This document shows positions 19,456 through 29,811 of a stretch of 64,000 nucleotides of DNA, one piece after another. Position numbers and translations under genes: made by a program. The notes under the pieces are model-generated. The model ran no database searches. It was given only the letters and a program-made list of their open reading frames with translations, and was not told the DNA's origin. The DNA comes from a virus: IMG/VR virus record IMGVR_UViG_3300021168_000016, positions 1-64,000 of that record, one strand, 5' to 3'. Within the stretch, counting starts at the first letter, position 1. The number at the start of each line of letters is the position of its first letter.

Positions 19456-21460
19456 TTTCGTCCTCACCTCCAGCAACTATTTCGACTATATCGATAAATG
19501 GAGGAAGGGATATAAACTCTACTCCACTATCCATCTGATCGTCACAAGCTAAGAAGACTGGTATGAATTGCTGTTCAGCATCGTTGTCCCAAGTTAACGA
19601 TGACGTAATACCAGAAAATATTATATTTTCCACACCCGCATCTGTTACATCTCTATCTACCTGATATAGTGGTGAGGCGAACTGCTGCTCTGCATCTGTA
19701 TCAAAAGATCGTGCAGGAGCAATAATTATTTCTACGTCTTCGATAGCCGCCTGCAACATCAACGATCTAGGTATACTATAACCTTGATATCCTATTAGGA
19801 TAACATCTGTAGCACCTGATAACCGCGGGAGTACTTCTATCTGTGCATCGAATACGCTTTCATCAAGCTGATAAGGTAGTTGAGATAACTGATTTTCTGC
19901 ATCTGTATCCATCCCTCTAGTAGGAACAGCAGGCGCCAGTGTAATCAATTCTACTTCTTCATCCATTACGGTATCTGTTCCGAAAGGTGATGGATTAAGA
20001 CGTTGTTGATCTGCATCATTATCAATTTCCATCTTCGGGATAATAGGTAATTGATTTCTTTCTTCTACTTGATCTAGATACCAAGGAGCTTGAGGAAGTT
20101 GCTCATTAATATCGTCCCAAGTATGATCGGTTATTATAACGATTACAGTTATTAATTCTACACTATCATCAGCCTGAAGCATCAGAGACTTTGGAATAAA
20201 ATATCCCTTATATCCCATCAATATAGTATCAGTACCTGAAAACAACTGAGGCAGGATTTCTATTCCTTCGTCTGAAAGATGATCCTTAAAGTAATCAGCT
20301 AGCAGCGTTGACTGTTCATTGATATCATCCCATGTCGTTGTTGCAACAATAGCGGGAAGAGTAATCTTTTCCACTCCCTCATCTGCTAGTATATCTGAAC
20401 CAAAACTTACAGGATTCAATTTCTGTTGCTCTGCATCGTCTTGCCATGAGTTAATCGGGATTATAATACGCTCAACTCCCAAATCACTAACTTCCCGTTC
20501 AGGAGTATAGAGATCTCTAGACCAAGCGGCTTGTAAGAACTGATTATCTGTATCGTTGTCCCATGTAAAATCTGTAAGTAACGTGATTATAGTTATCTTT
20601 TCTACACCATCATCTGACTGAAGCATCAGAGACTTTGGAATAAAATATCCTCTATACCCCATTAGGATAGTATCAGATGCTACAGATAACTGAGGCAGAA
20701 TTTCTACGCCCGCATCTGATAGATCTCTATCTGTCAGATATGTAGGCTGTTGGAATTGCTGTTCAGCATCCGTGTCGTAAGCCTGTATTGGAATTACAGG
20801 TTGTTCATTATTATCACCAATCGCAACCTCAGGTATCTGAATTGTTTGTATTCCTGTAAGTCCTAGTTGTTGGTTCTGTTGTTCTGCATCAGTGTCGTAA
20901 GCAACAATAAGTATAATAGGTAGTTCATTACGTTCTTCTATTAAATCTAAATACCAACTGGGTTGTAAGAATTGATTCTCTGCATCTGTATCCCAACCTG
21001 TAATCGGTAAAGTAATCAATTCTACGCCAGTATCTGATAAATCGTCATCATTAGTGAAGAAACTAGCTATATATTGATTCGGTGCCCATAATCTAGAAGG
21101 ATCAGTCTGTTGTTCAGCATCTGTATCAAATGCTTCAGTTGGAATTGTAATCCGTTCTGTACTATCATCAGCCTGCAACATTAGTGATTTTGAAGTCCAG
21201 TAGCCTGTATATCCCATTAATACTATGTTTGATACTACGGCAATTGGCGATGGAAGTTCTGTATTATCCCCCATACTATATTCAGCTAGTTGCAATCCTG
21301 CTATACCTGAAAAGTAATTGAATAGATCTTGTGGGAAATGGTCAGTATCATCATACCAATTTAAAATTATCGGAGGAGGTTGCGAGGGAGGAGGCTGTGT
21401 AAAGAATTCAAACGGGCTTATAGGAAACCCAGTTCCTACACCTCCTATGAAGTTCGGCAT
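19445..21460 (-). CDS. Acidic repeat protein 1 (hypothetical structural)
   Basis: About 13 copies of the xDxDAEQQ...DxGVExI unit and 4 copies of [IV]L[MI]GYxGYxxx[KR]SLMLQ. Confidence 0.75.
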   Translation of the reverse strand: MPNFIGGVGTGFPISPFEFFTQPPPSQPPPIILNWYDDTDHFPQDLFNYFSGIAGLQLAEYSMGDNTELPSPIAVVSNIVLMGYTGYWTSKSLMLQADDSTERITIPTEAFDTDAEQQTDPSRLWAPNQYIASFFTNDDDLSDTGVELITLPITGWDTDAENQFLQPSWYLDLIEERNELPIILIVAYDTDAEQQNQQLGLTGIQTIQIPEVAIGDNNEQPVIPIQAYDTDAEQQFQQPTYLTDRDLSDAGVEILPQLSVASDTILMGYRGYFIPKSLMLQSDDGVEKITIITLLTDFTWDNDTDNQFLQAAWSRDLYTPEREVSDLGVERIIIPINSWQDDAEQQKLNPVSFGSDILADEGVEKITLPAIVATTTWDDINEQSTLLADYFKDHLSDEGIEILPQLFSGTDTILMGYKGYFIPKSLMLQADDSVELITVIVIITDHTWDDINEQLPQAPWYLDQVEERNQLPIIPKMEIDNDADQQRLNPSPFGTDTVMDEEVELITLAPAVPTRGMDTDAENQLSQLPYQLDESVFDAQIEVLPRLSGATDVILIGYQGYSIPRSLMLQAAIEDVEIIIAPARSFDTDAEQQFASPLYQVDRDVTDAGVENIIFSGITSSLTWDNDAEQQFIPVFLACDDQMDSGVEFISLPPFIDIVEIVAGGEDENDN

Positions 21461-21461
21461 T

Positions 21462-22055
21462 TTAGTTTAGAGCTTGCATACAAGTATACTGGGCTGTAAC
21501 CGTACTCGCTACTGAAAATGTAATTCCGAAATTAAGCGCACCATAACTGCCCAAAGAACCTGCCCCTGTCGTATCCACACTAACAGCAGCTGTTGAGCTA
21601 AAGGGTATAACAAACGCATATCCAGCTGTACCAGTAACCCCTTGTGCTATGAATTGTCCTACTATCCATGCTGTTGATACTGTGGCCGCATTCGAGATAG
21701 TACGATAAACAAGATCTCCTTCCATCCGCCATGCACCGTTAGTAATACTTGGAGCATATGTAATTGTAGCTGAAGTGGCTAGGACGGTGGCAGCAGTAAG
21801 CGCTACTTGAGCTGTACTAGGACCATGAACAGCAGTAATGATCATAGTACCGGTGGTCCCAGTAGTAAATAGGCCCCCTGCAGTAAATCGAAAGACTTGA
21901 CCAGCAAACGGACCGCCGTTAACACCAAAAGGTAAAGGAAAGAATTGATTTGCTTGTGCTGGTGTAAAAATACCAGTTAATGATGTAATTGATCCCGTAG
22001 AGGCTGAAACTATTGCTGAATCAGCTAAACTAGAATTGAAGTATTGCCTTGCCAT
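21462..22055 (-). CDS. Hypothetical virion (jelly-roll-like) protein
   Basis: 197 aa, Thr/Ala/Gly beta-rich; RBS AGGAGAGG; structural operon. Confidence 0.65.
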   Translation of the reverse strand: MARQYFNSSLADSAIVSASTGSITSLTGIFTPAQANQFFPLPFGVNGGPFAGQVFRFTAGGLFTTGTTGTMIITAVHGPSTAQVALTAATVLATSATITYAPSITNGAWRMEGDLVYRTISNAATVSTAWIVGQFIAQGVTGTAGYAFVIPFSSTAAVSVDTTGAGSLGSYGALNFGITFSVASTVTAQYTCMQALN

Positions 22056-22085
22056 TATTTCCTCTCCTTATACTTCTTCCATTTG

Positions 22086-25000
22086 TTATTGTCCTACACC
22101 TAAAACTGTTAGACCGTGGGGAGTTGGCGGGGGACCACTGCTTTGAACATCAGGGAAAAATCCAGGTGCATTGTACTGATTCCGTGTTTGCGCAGCATCA
22201 ATGGCGGAGATATTTGGCCCCATATCTGTACCGTCTGAAGCTTGCTGCGTGCCCCCTCCCTTGAAGAGACTAGTAGGATCGAGCGCGAAGCTATGATAAT
22301 CAGGCAGTGTGATTGGCATCGAGGCTGCACTCATGGCCCCCGAGAATCCTATGCAATTTGAGTTAGCAATGGCCCCTGAGCAGAATGTAGCTGTTGGGAA
22401 GTACATCGTTACCGGATTGTGGCATCCAGCACCAGTACAGCCCGCGGAGTCAGGATAGTTTGGATTGTTACCATACTCAGTGTAGTTCGACGCCACAGCT
22501 ATTGGCCATACCAGGTGGTGGGCTGCCATAGTAGTCGAGTCGTAATTCAGATTCTCCGTCTGGGTGCCTTCTGTAACTGAGCCACCAAGCCAACCATTAC
22601 CGCCTAGCATAATCGAGTCAAGGACAGCTGCATTCATCTGGAAGTTGAAGCCACCTGACGGGCTGTTGTTACTGGTCAGCGCGGGGCCAGTGTTGTCCGT
22701 AATCTGCGTGACGTGTTGGAGGGTTAGGTTGAATGGTCCTCCTTGTAGACCGCTAATTGTGCAGAAGCCTCCGTTGTCGGTTCCGGTTACCGTGGATGGG
22801 AAGGAGACTGTCAGATTGCCAGCAATTCCAGTACCAGTCCATGGAGCGCTAGCAGCGGTAGCCAGCGGACCTCTCTGACTAGGATTAATGAAGCCGCCGT
22901 TGCTTGAAGTTGTGACATTGTTGAATGCTGGTGTACCGTTACACATCGTGATTGCGACCGGATCTCCAACCTGCATATCGAATACTTCGGCTCCGATGGT
23001 TGGTGCCGTTGGGGAGGTGACCATCGTTACGGTTACGGTGCCTGTCCCGGTAGCCAGAGTAACTGAGGGGGTAGATGTGTAGCCTGTTCCACCTGCCGTG
23101 AGTGTTACCGTCGCTAGCGCTCCACTGGTGCAGGTATACGTTCCCGCGGCCTGAGTGCCGCCTGAGATGTTAGGAGCAGGAATTACTAAGCTTCCTGCCA
23201 CGCATCCAGTTCCTGCGGCGTTTACCGCGATACTCGAGATGTGTCCCGGACAACCACCTTGCTGTACGGAGCAGTTGGCAACGAATGTTGCTGTCGTACC
23301 GTCCCCTTTGATAGTTCCCTGCCAAAGTGTCTTGCTGCCGTTCGACAAGGCTATACCCTTGATGTTTCCGGCAATGGAGCATCCTGGGTTGTGGCCACTG
23401 ATTCCATAAGTAAGTAGGTGCCGCAAGGTCGAGCGGTACACCCCGTAGGCCACTCCATTACCATTACCTATGGCTAGATTAGATCTGTCGAACTCCATGC
23501 CAATGCAGGAATTTCTTAGGATTCCGTACTCGAATATAGCGTCAGTGATGATGGTGTTGTAGTTACTGCACGGCGTAGCCGCTGAGCAATTTCGATCAGT
23601 GACATCTCCCTGAGGTCCACTCTGCCCACCTGAACCATCTATATTCTCCCAAATATATCCGGAGTGCAGAACGCGCTGCCCATTCTTCAGTTCGTTAAAG
23701 TTCTTGAATACGGTACTATTACCTGCAAAGTGGGGATTACCACTTAAATTTCCGCCTAGCCACGTATAAGGTCGGCCCATTTTGTATCTACGAGCCTCTA
23801 CGTCTTGGAATATCTGTTGCAATCCGACCGGTAGTATTCCTCCCGGCCCTCCGGAGAACATCCCAATACTCATCCCCTCTAGCCAATTGTGGTTCATCTT
23901 ATAAGGTCCACAGCCTTCCATAAGAATGATGTGTCCCTCGGCGCCTGGTCGTATGGCCTGTCCTGCCTGCGTGTCGAGAACAGAAACGTAGGAACCATTC
24001 AGGAACATTAAGTTTCCTACAGGATTCAATCCTGACGCAAGACTAGTCCAATCGCTGTGTGACCAGTCTTTTCGGAAGTGTATGTGCTGCGGGTACTGGT
24101 TACAAGCAGTTTCAGCTCCCGAGCCAGTCATCAAGACTGGAGTCGGGGTGCTGCCGTTTACGAATACGGCCTTCGGACGGGCTTCCATGTCCATAATCAG
24201 CCAATGATCAGGCGCGAGCGTCGTGCTAGTGCACTGAGGAGATGGCTGGGCCGTTGTTTGCCCGCCAACCGGGGAGCAGAAGCGGATGGACGAAGCATTA
24301 GCCGCCGTGCTTTCTGCTGTCCACATATGCTGTACGTCGTTGTAGTCAGAAGTATGCACGACAGTACCATTAGCCAGCGTAATTGTTCCTATATCATAAG
24401 TTACCGTCACCCCGCTAGCATGATTAAGCGTGAACACACCATATAGTCCCGTCTGATTTACTCCGCTTACTGCGACCACAGTTTCAGCATTTACGCCAGT
24501 ATCAACCACGTAGGAGTTTCCAGGACTGACATAACCATTAGCAAGCGCAACCAGTTGCGGAGAGGCATTCAGGGTGATAGCGGCCAGTGTTGTCGTGTGC
24601 GCATCAAGAGTGGTGACTCCTGTGATAACGCCACCAATATTCTGCGGCCCTAACTCGTCGTACATATTCAGGCCATCGTTACTCGGATTATGTAGGCCGA
24701 TATCTGTGGTAGTTGTAAAGCTTACATTTGTTTGTGCTCCTGCGCTAGTGGCAAGTGTCAACGTAGTAAAAGGTGTTATAGGAGACCACGATGAGGCAGT
24801 ATTGTAATTGATACCGTTTATATTGACTGGCTGACCAGCACCGACTAAGGATTTAAAGTTAGTTCCACTGACGAAAGTAACCGTAACCCCACTTGTACTA
24901 ACTACAGCAGGATTCCCTGCAACGTCGTCTTGGATGCCGTGCGAGCCGACTGTTCTGCCGATTGGAAGGCTACCGTCCTCCGTCGAGTCGATGACGTTAC

Positions 25001-26948
25001 ATTGCGTAGCTGCGACTGTACTAGTTTGGTTAATCCACGGTCCATTTGCTTCTGAATAAACATATCTAGCAGGGATATGTATCCGTGTCCCCTTACCGGT
25101 TGAGGTACGGTACGTATCCATGTCGAGTAAGGCTTGTTGTACGCCTGCGTCGGTGTTTGCGTAAGGAAGAGCAGTTGGCCAGCCTACCGGAGTAGCACTT
25201 GCCCAACTTGTCGGAAAGGCCAGTGTGTAGGTGAAGTTGGTGTTACATTCGTTATTGTCTACTTTAAGAGCAGGAAGAGCCGATTGTGCTGGATTAATTA
25301 CATATGCTGCTGATCCGACTGCGCTATCCGTGAATCCAGTTCCTCCTGCTATCGCGAATAGAGTCTCAGTGATTGGGACTCCTACAGGCCCGGTGTAGGG
25401 AGTTCCTGTCGTGCAGCCACTAACCCCGTCAGTTGCTGGAGCACCTGCTGTATTCCAACAGATCACACCACCACTAGTTGCATGGAGTGTGACGTTCTGT
25501 GCACCAGAGTATGTTCCTGCACCAGGAGAGAAGGTTGGAGTAGAAGCTGCGCTGCTTATCAAAGGGTGGGGATAAGTGTAAGGCGTGTACCAAACGCCCC
25601 ATGTATTCGTTGACGTACAAGAGTATAGAATTCCCTGCGTACCCTGATCAGTAGCGAAGTAACCTACACCACCTCGTCCTTGATCTGGTGCCAGAACAGA
25701 AGGTGTTGGAGTACAGGTCGAAGGACGTCTCGCTAAAGTACCGAACCCCACGCCAGAAGTTCCATTGAACGGCGATGTAGTAGAGCTTTGCGGACCTGTA
25801 CCCACCTCGTCATACCAATCACGATTGGGAGCAAAGTAAGTGGGAAATCCGGATTCATCAGCTTCCGGCACTTTGTTCCCGTTTATCGTGTCCCGGTTGT
25901 TCCATCCATAGACGGGGTAGAGCAGATGGGCATGGTAGTCCCGCCCCGGCTGATAAATGGTTGGATACGATCCAGTGTACTGCGGAGGATAATTAGCTGC
26001 CAAAGACAAGGCATCAGAGTTGATTGGTTCGGTGAAAGGGGTAAATGTGTTGTTGAAGTACATTTCCTCAAACGATCCCTGATGGTGAATAAGACGATAT
26101 CCGTCAGGAACAGCAGATCCGGAAGTACCAATTACATGATTGTTGTAGACCTCCCAGTTGGCTGCTCCGTTCCCGTGTCCTCCGACTGTTTCGGCAGAGT
26201 GAATTGTTACTAAGGCGTTGGTCACCGTATTGTGACGGAACACTACAGCGGCCATCGGCCCCCAACCGTCCATCGCTCCGGTTCCGCTATCGGTCATGGT
26301 GGTGACGGTGATCGTATTGTCTTCCATGAACATGTTGCTGATTGTTCCCTGCGCACTGGCAGGAGCGCTAGCATCCGCGATCCCGAATACCTGCATAGCA
26401 GCGAAGGAACTGGCGCTCGAGAACGTATTGTGGTCAATGACGCCGTAGACGTACTGTATAGAGGTATTTTCTCCTATGGTGATAACGGTAGCCGAAGCCG
26501 TTATCCCAGTGCAGGTGTTGTGGTCAAAGCGGAATTGGGTGATAGTCCCAGTACACCCTCCAGCGGGACAGGTCCATACCGTACCAGCGGCAGAAGGAAA
26601 CGTAAATCCCGATATACGATATAGTTTAGTGGAACTCCCAGTAGGGAATCCGAAGGCCGCTATAGCACTGGAAGTAACTGTGCAAGTAGCTCCATTTGCG
26701 CAGATAAAAGTAATTCCGGTCGATAGAGAAAAACTGATAGTCGAACTCCACGAGTAAGAGCCGTTAGCGAATGTCACTACCGCCCCGTCCGAGGCTGACC
26801 CGATTACCGTGTTAACCTGAGCGGCAGTACTACCTGAAGTACATGACCATGCAATGCCGCTACCAGAACAAGTTGCGAAACCTGGTAATGATGATGCAAA
26901 CAGTATAAATAAAAATACTGTAAATTTAACCAATTTATTCATCTCCAC
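22086..26948 (-). CDS. Large secreted-type protein: two beta-helix (pectin-lyase-like) regions plus chitobiase-C/Ig-like domain
   Basis: Signal peptide MNKLVKFTVFLFILFASSLPGFA; RFDHN/IDHN/EDN/RHN beta-helix rungs; TPTFSPGAGTYSGAQNVTL; many paired Cys; ends LTVLGVGQ. Confidence 0.7.
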   Translation of the reverse strand: MEMNKLVKFTVFLFILFASSLPGFATCSGSGIAWSCTSGSTAAQVNTVIGSASDGAVVTFANGSYSWSSTISFSLSTGITFICANGATCTVTSSAIAAFGFPTGSSTKLYRISGFTFPSAAGTVWTCPAGGCTGTITQFRFDHNTCTGITASATVITIGENTSIQYVYGVIDHNTFSSASSFAAMQVFGIADASAPASAQGTISNMFMEDNTITVTTMTDSGTGAMDGWGPMAAVVFRHNTVTNALVTIHSAETVGGHGNGAANWEVYNNHVIGTSGSAVPDGYRLIHHQGSFEEMYFNNTFTPFTEPINSDALSLAANYPPQYTGSYPTIYQPGRDYHAHLLYPVYGWNNRDTINGNKVPEADESGFPTYFAPNRDWYDEVGTGPQSSTTSPFNGTSGVGFGTLARRPSTCTPTPSVLAPDQGRGGVGYFATDQGTQGILYSCTSTNTWGVWYTPYTYPHPLISSAASTPTFSPGAGTYSGAQNVTLHATSGGVICWNTAGAPATDGVSGCTTGTPYTGPVGVPITETLFAIAGGTGFTDSAVGSAAYVINPAQSALPALKVDNNECNTNFTYTLAFPTSWASATPVGWPTALPYANTDAGVQQALLDMDTYRTSTGKGTRIHIPARYVYSEANGPWINQTSTVAATQCNVIDSTEDGSLPIGRTVGSHGIQDDVAGNPAVVSTSGVTVTFVSGTNFKSLVGAGQPVNINGINYNTASSWSPITPFTTLTLATSAGAQTNVSFTTTTDIGLHNPSNDGLNMYDELGPQNIGGVITGVTTLDAHTTTLAAITLNASPQLVALANGYVSPGNSYVVDTGVNAETVVAVSGVNQTGLYGVFTLNHASGVTVTYDIGTITLANGTVVHTSDYNDVQHMWTAESTAANASSIRFCSPVGGQTTAQPSPQCTSTTLAPDHWLIMDMEARPKAVFVNGSTPTPVLMTGSGAETACNQYPQHIHFRKDWSHSDWTSLASGLNPVGNLMFLNGSYVSVLDTQAGQAIRPGAEGHIILMEGCGPYKMNHNWLEGMSIGMFSGGPGGILPVGLQQIFQDVEARRYKMGRPYTWLGGNLSGNPHFAGNSTVFKNFNELKNGQRVLHSGYIWENIDGSGGQSGPQGDVTDRNCSAATPCSNYNTIITDAIFEYGILRNSCIGMEFDRSNLAIGNGNGVAYGVYRSTLRHLLTYGISGHNPGCSIAGNIKGIALSNGSKTLWQGTIKGDGTTATFVANCSVQQGGCPGHISSIAVNAAGTGCVAGSLVIPAPNISGGTQAAGTYTCTSGALATVTLTAGGTGYTSTPSVTLATGTGTVTVTMVTSPTAPTIGAEVFDMQVGDPVAITMCNGTPAFNNVTTSSNGGFINPSQRGPLATAASAPWTGTGIAGNLTVSFPSTVTGTDNGGFCTISGLQGGPFNLTLQHVTQITDNTGPALTSNNSPSGGFNFQMNAAVLDSIMLGGNGWLGGSVTEGTQTENLNYDSTTMAAHHLVWPIAVASNYTEYGNNPNYPDSAGCTGAGCHNPVTMYFPTATFCSGAIANSNCIGFSGAMSAASMPITLPDYHSFALDPTSLFKGGGTQQASDGTDMGPNISAIDAAQTRNQYNAPGFFPDVQSSGPPPTPHGLTVLGVGQ

Positions 26949-27630
26949 CTAACCAATGAAAGTCTGTTCCTATAACTGAAGCATTACTGAATGTTACACC
27001 GCCACTTCCAAACGCTTTAAACGCTGCCATTATAGCGGTATACGAATCACTATTAGTATTATCACTCCACGTGGCTGCTACTGATCCTGCCACCGTCTGA
27101 ATTAGACTCTCCATGATATCACTAGCAGCAGTTGTAAATCCAGTGCCTGTCGTTAACGTACCTCCTACAACATCACAAAATCCTATAACTAAATCAGCAA
27201 AATTTGTAGTTGCCAGACCTGTTGTAACATTCTGTCCTCCACCAGTACCCGTACTTGCATTACTTCCAGAATTACTTGTAACATCAACTGGATTAGATAA
27301 AGCATTACCAGTCCATTCTTCGACTACTATACGCATGAAACTTGCACTATTTCCTACCTGTGACACTGAAACTGTATTAGATATTGCAGCAGTATTAATA
27401 GTGTAAAACAACTGAATTACGTAAGCACTTCCATTGAACAATAACTGCCCTACACCACAATCAACATAAGTATTTCCTGCTGTATCTGTTGGTACATTAA
27501 ATGTATTAGTTTGTATACTAATTACACCTACCACAATCAGGCTTCCAACTATAGTTGAATTCGTAAGAGAAACAGTAACCGGAGAGCCTGTATTCGTGTT
27601 CGTTACATCGTTATTTTTAGACCAAGCCAT
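26935..27630 (-). CDS. Hypothetical virion appendage protein (paralogue A)
   Basis: GSLIVVG..PTDTAGNTY..EEWTG..DLVIG..MAAFK; ends TDFHWLGGDE. Confidence 0.7.
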   Translation of the reverse strand: MAWSKNNDVTNTNTGSPVTVSLTNSTIVGSLIVVGVISIQTNTFNVPTDTAGNTYVDCGVGQLLFNGSAYVIQLFYTINTAAISNTVSVSQVGNSASFMRIVVEEWTGNALSNPVDVTSNSGSNASTGTGGGQNVTTGLATTNFADLVIGFCDVVGGTLTTGTGFTTAASDIMESLIQTVAGSVAATWSDNTNSDSYTAIMAAFKAFGSGGVTFSNASVIGTDFHWLGGDE

Positions 27631-28349
27631 TAAGAATTATCCCCAACCCATTGATACTCATCATTTATAGAAGTAATCCCTGAAGGAGTCGTTACTCCCC
27701 CACTAGCAGTAAGTATAAAAGCCATCGCCATTGCTGACCAAGCACCGGAACTCTGGGTGTAATTCACTGCCGTAGCTCCGGATGCAGAACTGAGAATATA
27801 TTCCGCCATGTCGCCAGCAGCAATTGCTCCGTCTGATCCCGTCCATATTCCATTTGTGCTCGATCCGCCAGCAACTGGAGCGCTTATTGTTCCCCCAGCC
27901 GCAGCACCAGAATAAAGTAATTCACCAGCACCGGCCGGAGTTATACTTGGAGTATTAATTGTAACTGCAGAACTTGCAGTACTAGCTGCAATATCTATAT
28001 CGAAACTACAAGTTCCGCCTGTATAGTGAAATTCATCCGCCCACATTGCAGCCGAAGTTACTGTGGTCCAGGTAGCAGTAATGGTCGCACTAGCATTGGC
28101 TGGAGCCGAAAGCAGATAAGCCATGTATATTTGTCCGGCGCCTGATATAAATGTAGAAGGAGAATTACCGCTTATTGCGTAACTATTATTATTAGAATCT
28201 TTTATCGCCAATGAAGATATTGTCGAACCACCCGGAGAAAAAGTTACGCACACTAGGTTTCCCAAAGTAGGCGCCCCGCCAAGAACCACGTTTAGTGTAG
28301 TTACACCCGTCGCGTTGTGAGAATTACCTTGAATATGCGTAAATGCCAT
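27630..28349 (-). CDS. Hypothetical virion appendage protein (paralogue B)
   Basis: GNLVCV..KDSNNNSY..DEFH..ELLY..MAMAF; ends DEYQWVGDNS. Confidence 0.7.
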   Translation of the reverse strand: MAFTHIQGNSHNATGVTTLNVVLGGAPTLGNLVCVTFSPGGSTISSLAIKDSNNNSYAISGNSPSTFISGAGQIYMAYLLSAPANASATITATWTTVTSAAMWADEFHYTGGTCSFDIDIAASTASSAVTINTPSITPAGAGELLYSGAAAGGTISAPVAGGSSTNGIWTGSDGAIAAGDMAEYILSSASGATAVNYTQSSGAWSAMAMAFILTASGGVTTPSGITSINDEYQWVGDNS

Positions 28350-28399
28350 TAAAAATTAGCTCCGCCTAACCACTGGTATTCGTCGCAGATTTTCTTCAT
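28349..28399 (-). CDS. 16-aa mini-ORF MKKICDEYQWLGGANF (tag-only peptide, remnant, or frameshift extension)
   Basis: ATGA overlap with the upstream stop and TAATG overlap with the downstream start; matches the C-terminal motif of neighbouring proteins. Confidence 0.55.
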   Translation of the reverse strand: MKKICDEYQWLGGANF

Positions 28400-29811
28400 T
28401 TGTTTACCACTGAAGCACGATGCCGAACAACCCCTCCGCTTCCGAAGATAATTCCCATAGCCATCTGACAGAATCCACTGGTGTCTGAGTTGGTCCAACT
28501 CATCGCTACCGTGCCCCCAGTCCCTAATTTAAATTGTGACAAAGCACTATCCGTTGTACCGTCACTCGACCCTTGGTCGCTAGCCAAACTTTCTATTTCG
28601 GATCCGGTCGGGACAGCCTGATAGGAATAATCAAAGACGCTGGCTATATCTTGCACAACCATTGAAGTAGTCGTAGACGGGACACTTACTGTTACCGTTC
28701 CGGACGCCAAAGAGGTGCTGGCTACAGTGGTGAAGGTCCCGGTAGCAGTGGTCCCGCTAGAGCCTTGATTGACCAGGAACCAAGTCTCTGCCATCCCCAT
28801 GTAGTTATCCATCGTACCTGAGAACGTTGCCACGATATTCGCTGTGGATGCAGTAGGATTCTTGAGATACCAAATTTCTGCTCCATTCCCGCTGGCATTG
28901 GTGCACGTTTGCAACTTGGTTAGATTCGCTGCACCAAAAGTAACGCTGGAAATAGTGTTAGCTGCCGTATCGTAGGTTGCGAGATAGAGTAGCAAACCAT
29001 TAGGACTGCTACTCACTACATAGTTGCTCATCGTTACCTTGAATGGAGTTCCTACTGTAGTTCCTATCGCCTGTGCATAGGTATCAAACGCGGGAATGGT
29101 TGGGATGTCGGTCGTAGGTCGTAAACTGATACAGGTTGCATCCCCGTCACCGGAAGTTTGTGTCCAGATCAATGTGGTTCTTGTCGCAGCGGCAATGTAA
29201 GCAGAAGCCCAACTTGTTGCCTCTCCAGCGCCAAATGCATTTGAAGTAAAAATAGCCGTTTGCGATCCATTCTGCGTAATAGTAGTCTCGTGGCCTTGAG
29301 CAAGACCGACAAGATAATCTCCTGAGATAGCATCCGAACAAGTAGCCGTCAACGTCGCGCTATTCGTTAGTCCTGTATGGAAGAATGAAGGCAGGCGTAC
29401 CGGATAGGATTGATGCACTCCACAAAACGACACAGCAGAACCAGCAATGTATTCGCCACTCAGCGCGCGAGACAGACTTACCAGTATCGCGTGCGTTCCA
29501 GAAGCAGGCGCAACCAGAATCCACTCTAGTATAGCCATCTCAGAGCCGCCATGATCCCTACCACGAATCGCTAACTTTGCGTTGACGCTGTTGAAAGCGA
29601 CCGAACTTACCATCAATGCGTTTGGATCGTTAAGAACTCCGGCGACCTGAATAACGAGGACGCTGTTCGTGCAGCCTGCGCCTACGGTGTGATTCCAGGT
29701 AAACGATGATCCGGACAAAGTAGTTGATCCACTATTGCTAGTTGAGTCAACTGATATGCTCGCCACCGCATGCGCGCATAGAAGAGGAATGAGTAAGAGT
29801 AATCGCCACAT
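28396..29811 (-). CDS. Secreted-type protein with two copies of the paralogue A/B-like domain
   Basis: Signal peptide MWRLLLLIPLLCAHAVA; two repeats (VSSVAFN..EWILVAPASG / ISSVTFG..EIWYLKNPTAS). Confidence 0.7.
   Translation of the reverse strand: MWRLLLLIPLLCAHAVASISVDSTSNSGSTTLSGSSFTWNHTVGAGCTNSVLVIQVAGVLNDPNALMVSSVAFNSVNAKLAIRGRDHGGSEMAILEWILVAPASGTHAILVSLSRALSGEYIAGSAVSFCGVHQSYPVRLPSFFHTGLTNSATLTATCSDAISGDYLVGLAQGHETTITQNGSQTAIFTSNAFGAGEATSWASAYIAAATRTTLIWTQTSGDGDATCISLRPTTDIPTIPAFDTYAQAIGTTVGTPFKVTMSNYVVSSSPNGLLLYLATYDTAANTISSVTFGAANLTKLQTCTNASGNGAEIWYLKNPTASTANIVATFSGTMDNYMGMAETWFLVNQGSSGTTATGTFTTVASTSLASGTVTVSVPSTTTSMVVQDIASVFDYSYQAVPTGSEIESLASDQGSSDGTTDSALSQFKLGTGGTVAMSWTNSDTSGFCQMAMGIIFGSGGVVRHRASVVNK

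Noticed and set aside
17948-21460. Diversity-generating retroelement or RiPP precursor system behind the repeats
   Set aside because: No reverse transcriptase, adenine-specific TR/VR pair or RiPP maturase is visible in the window.
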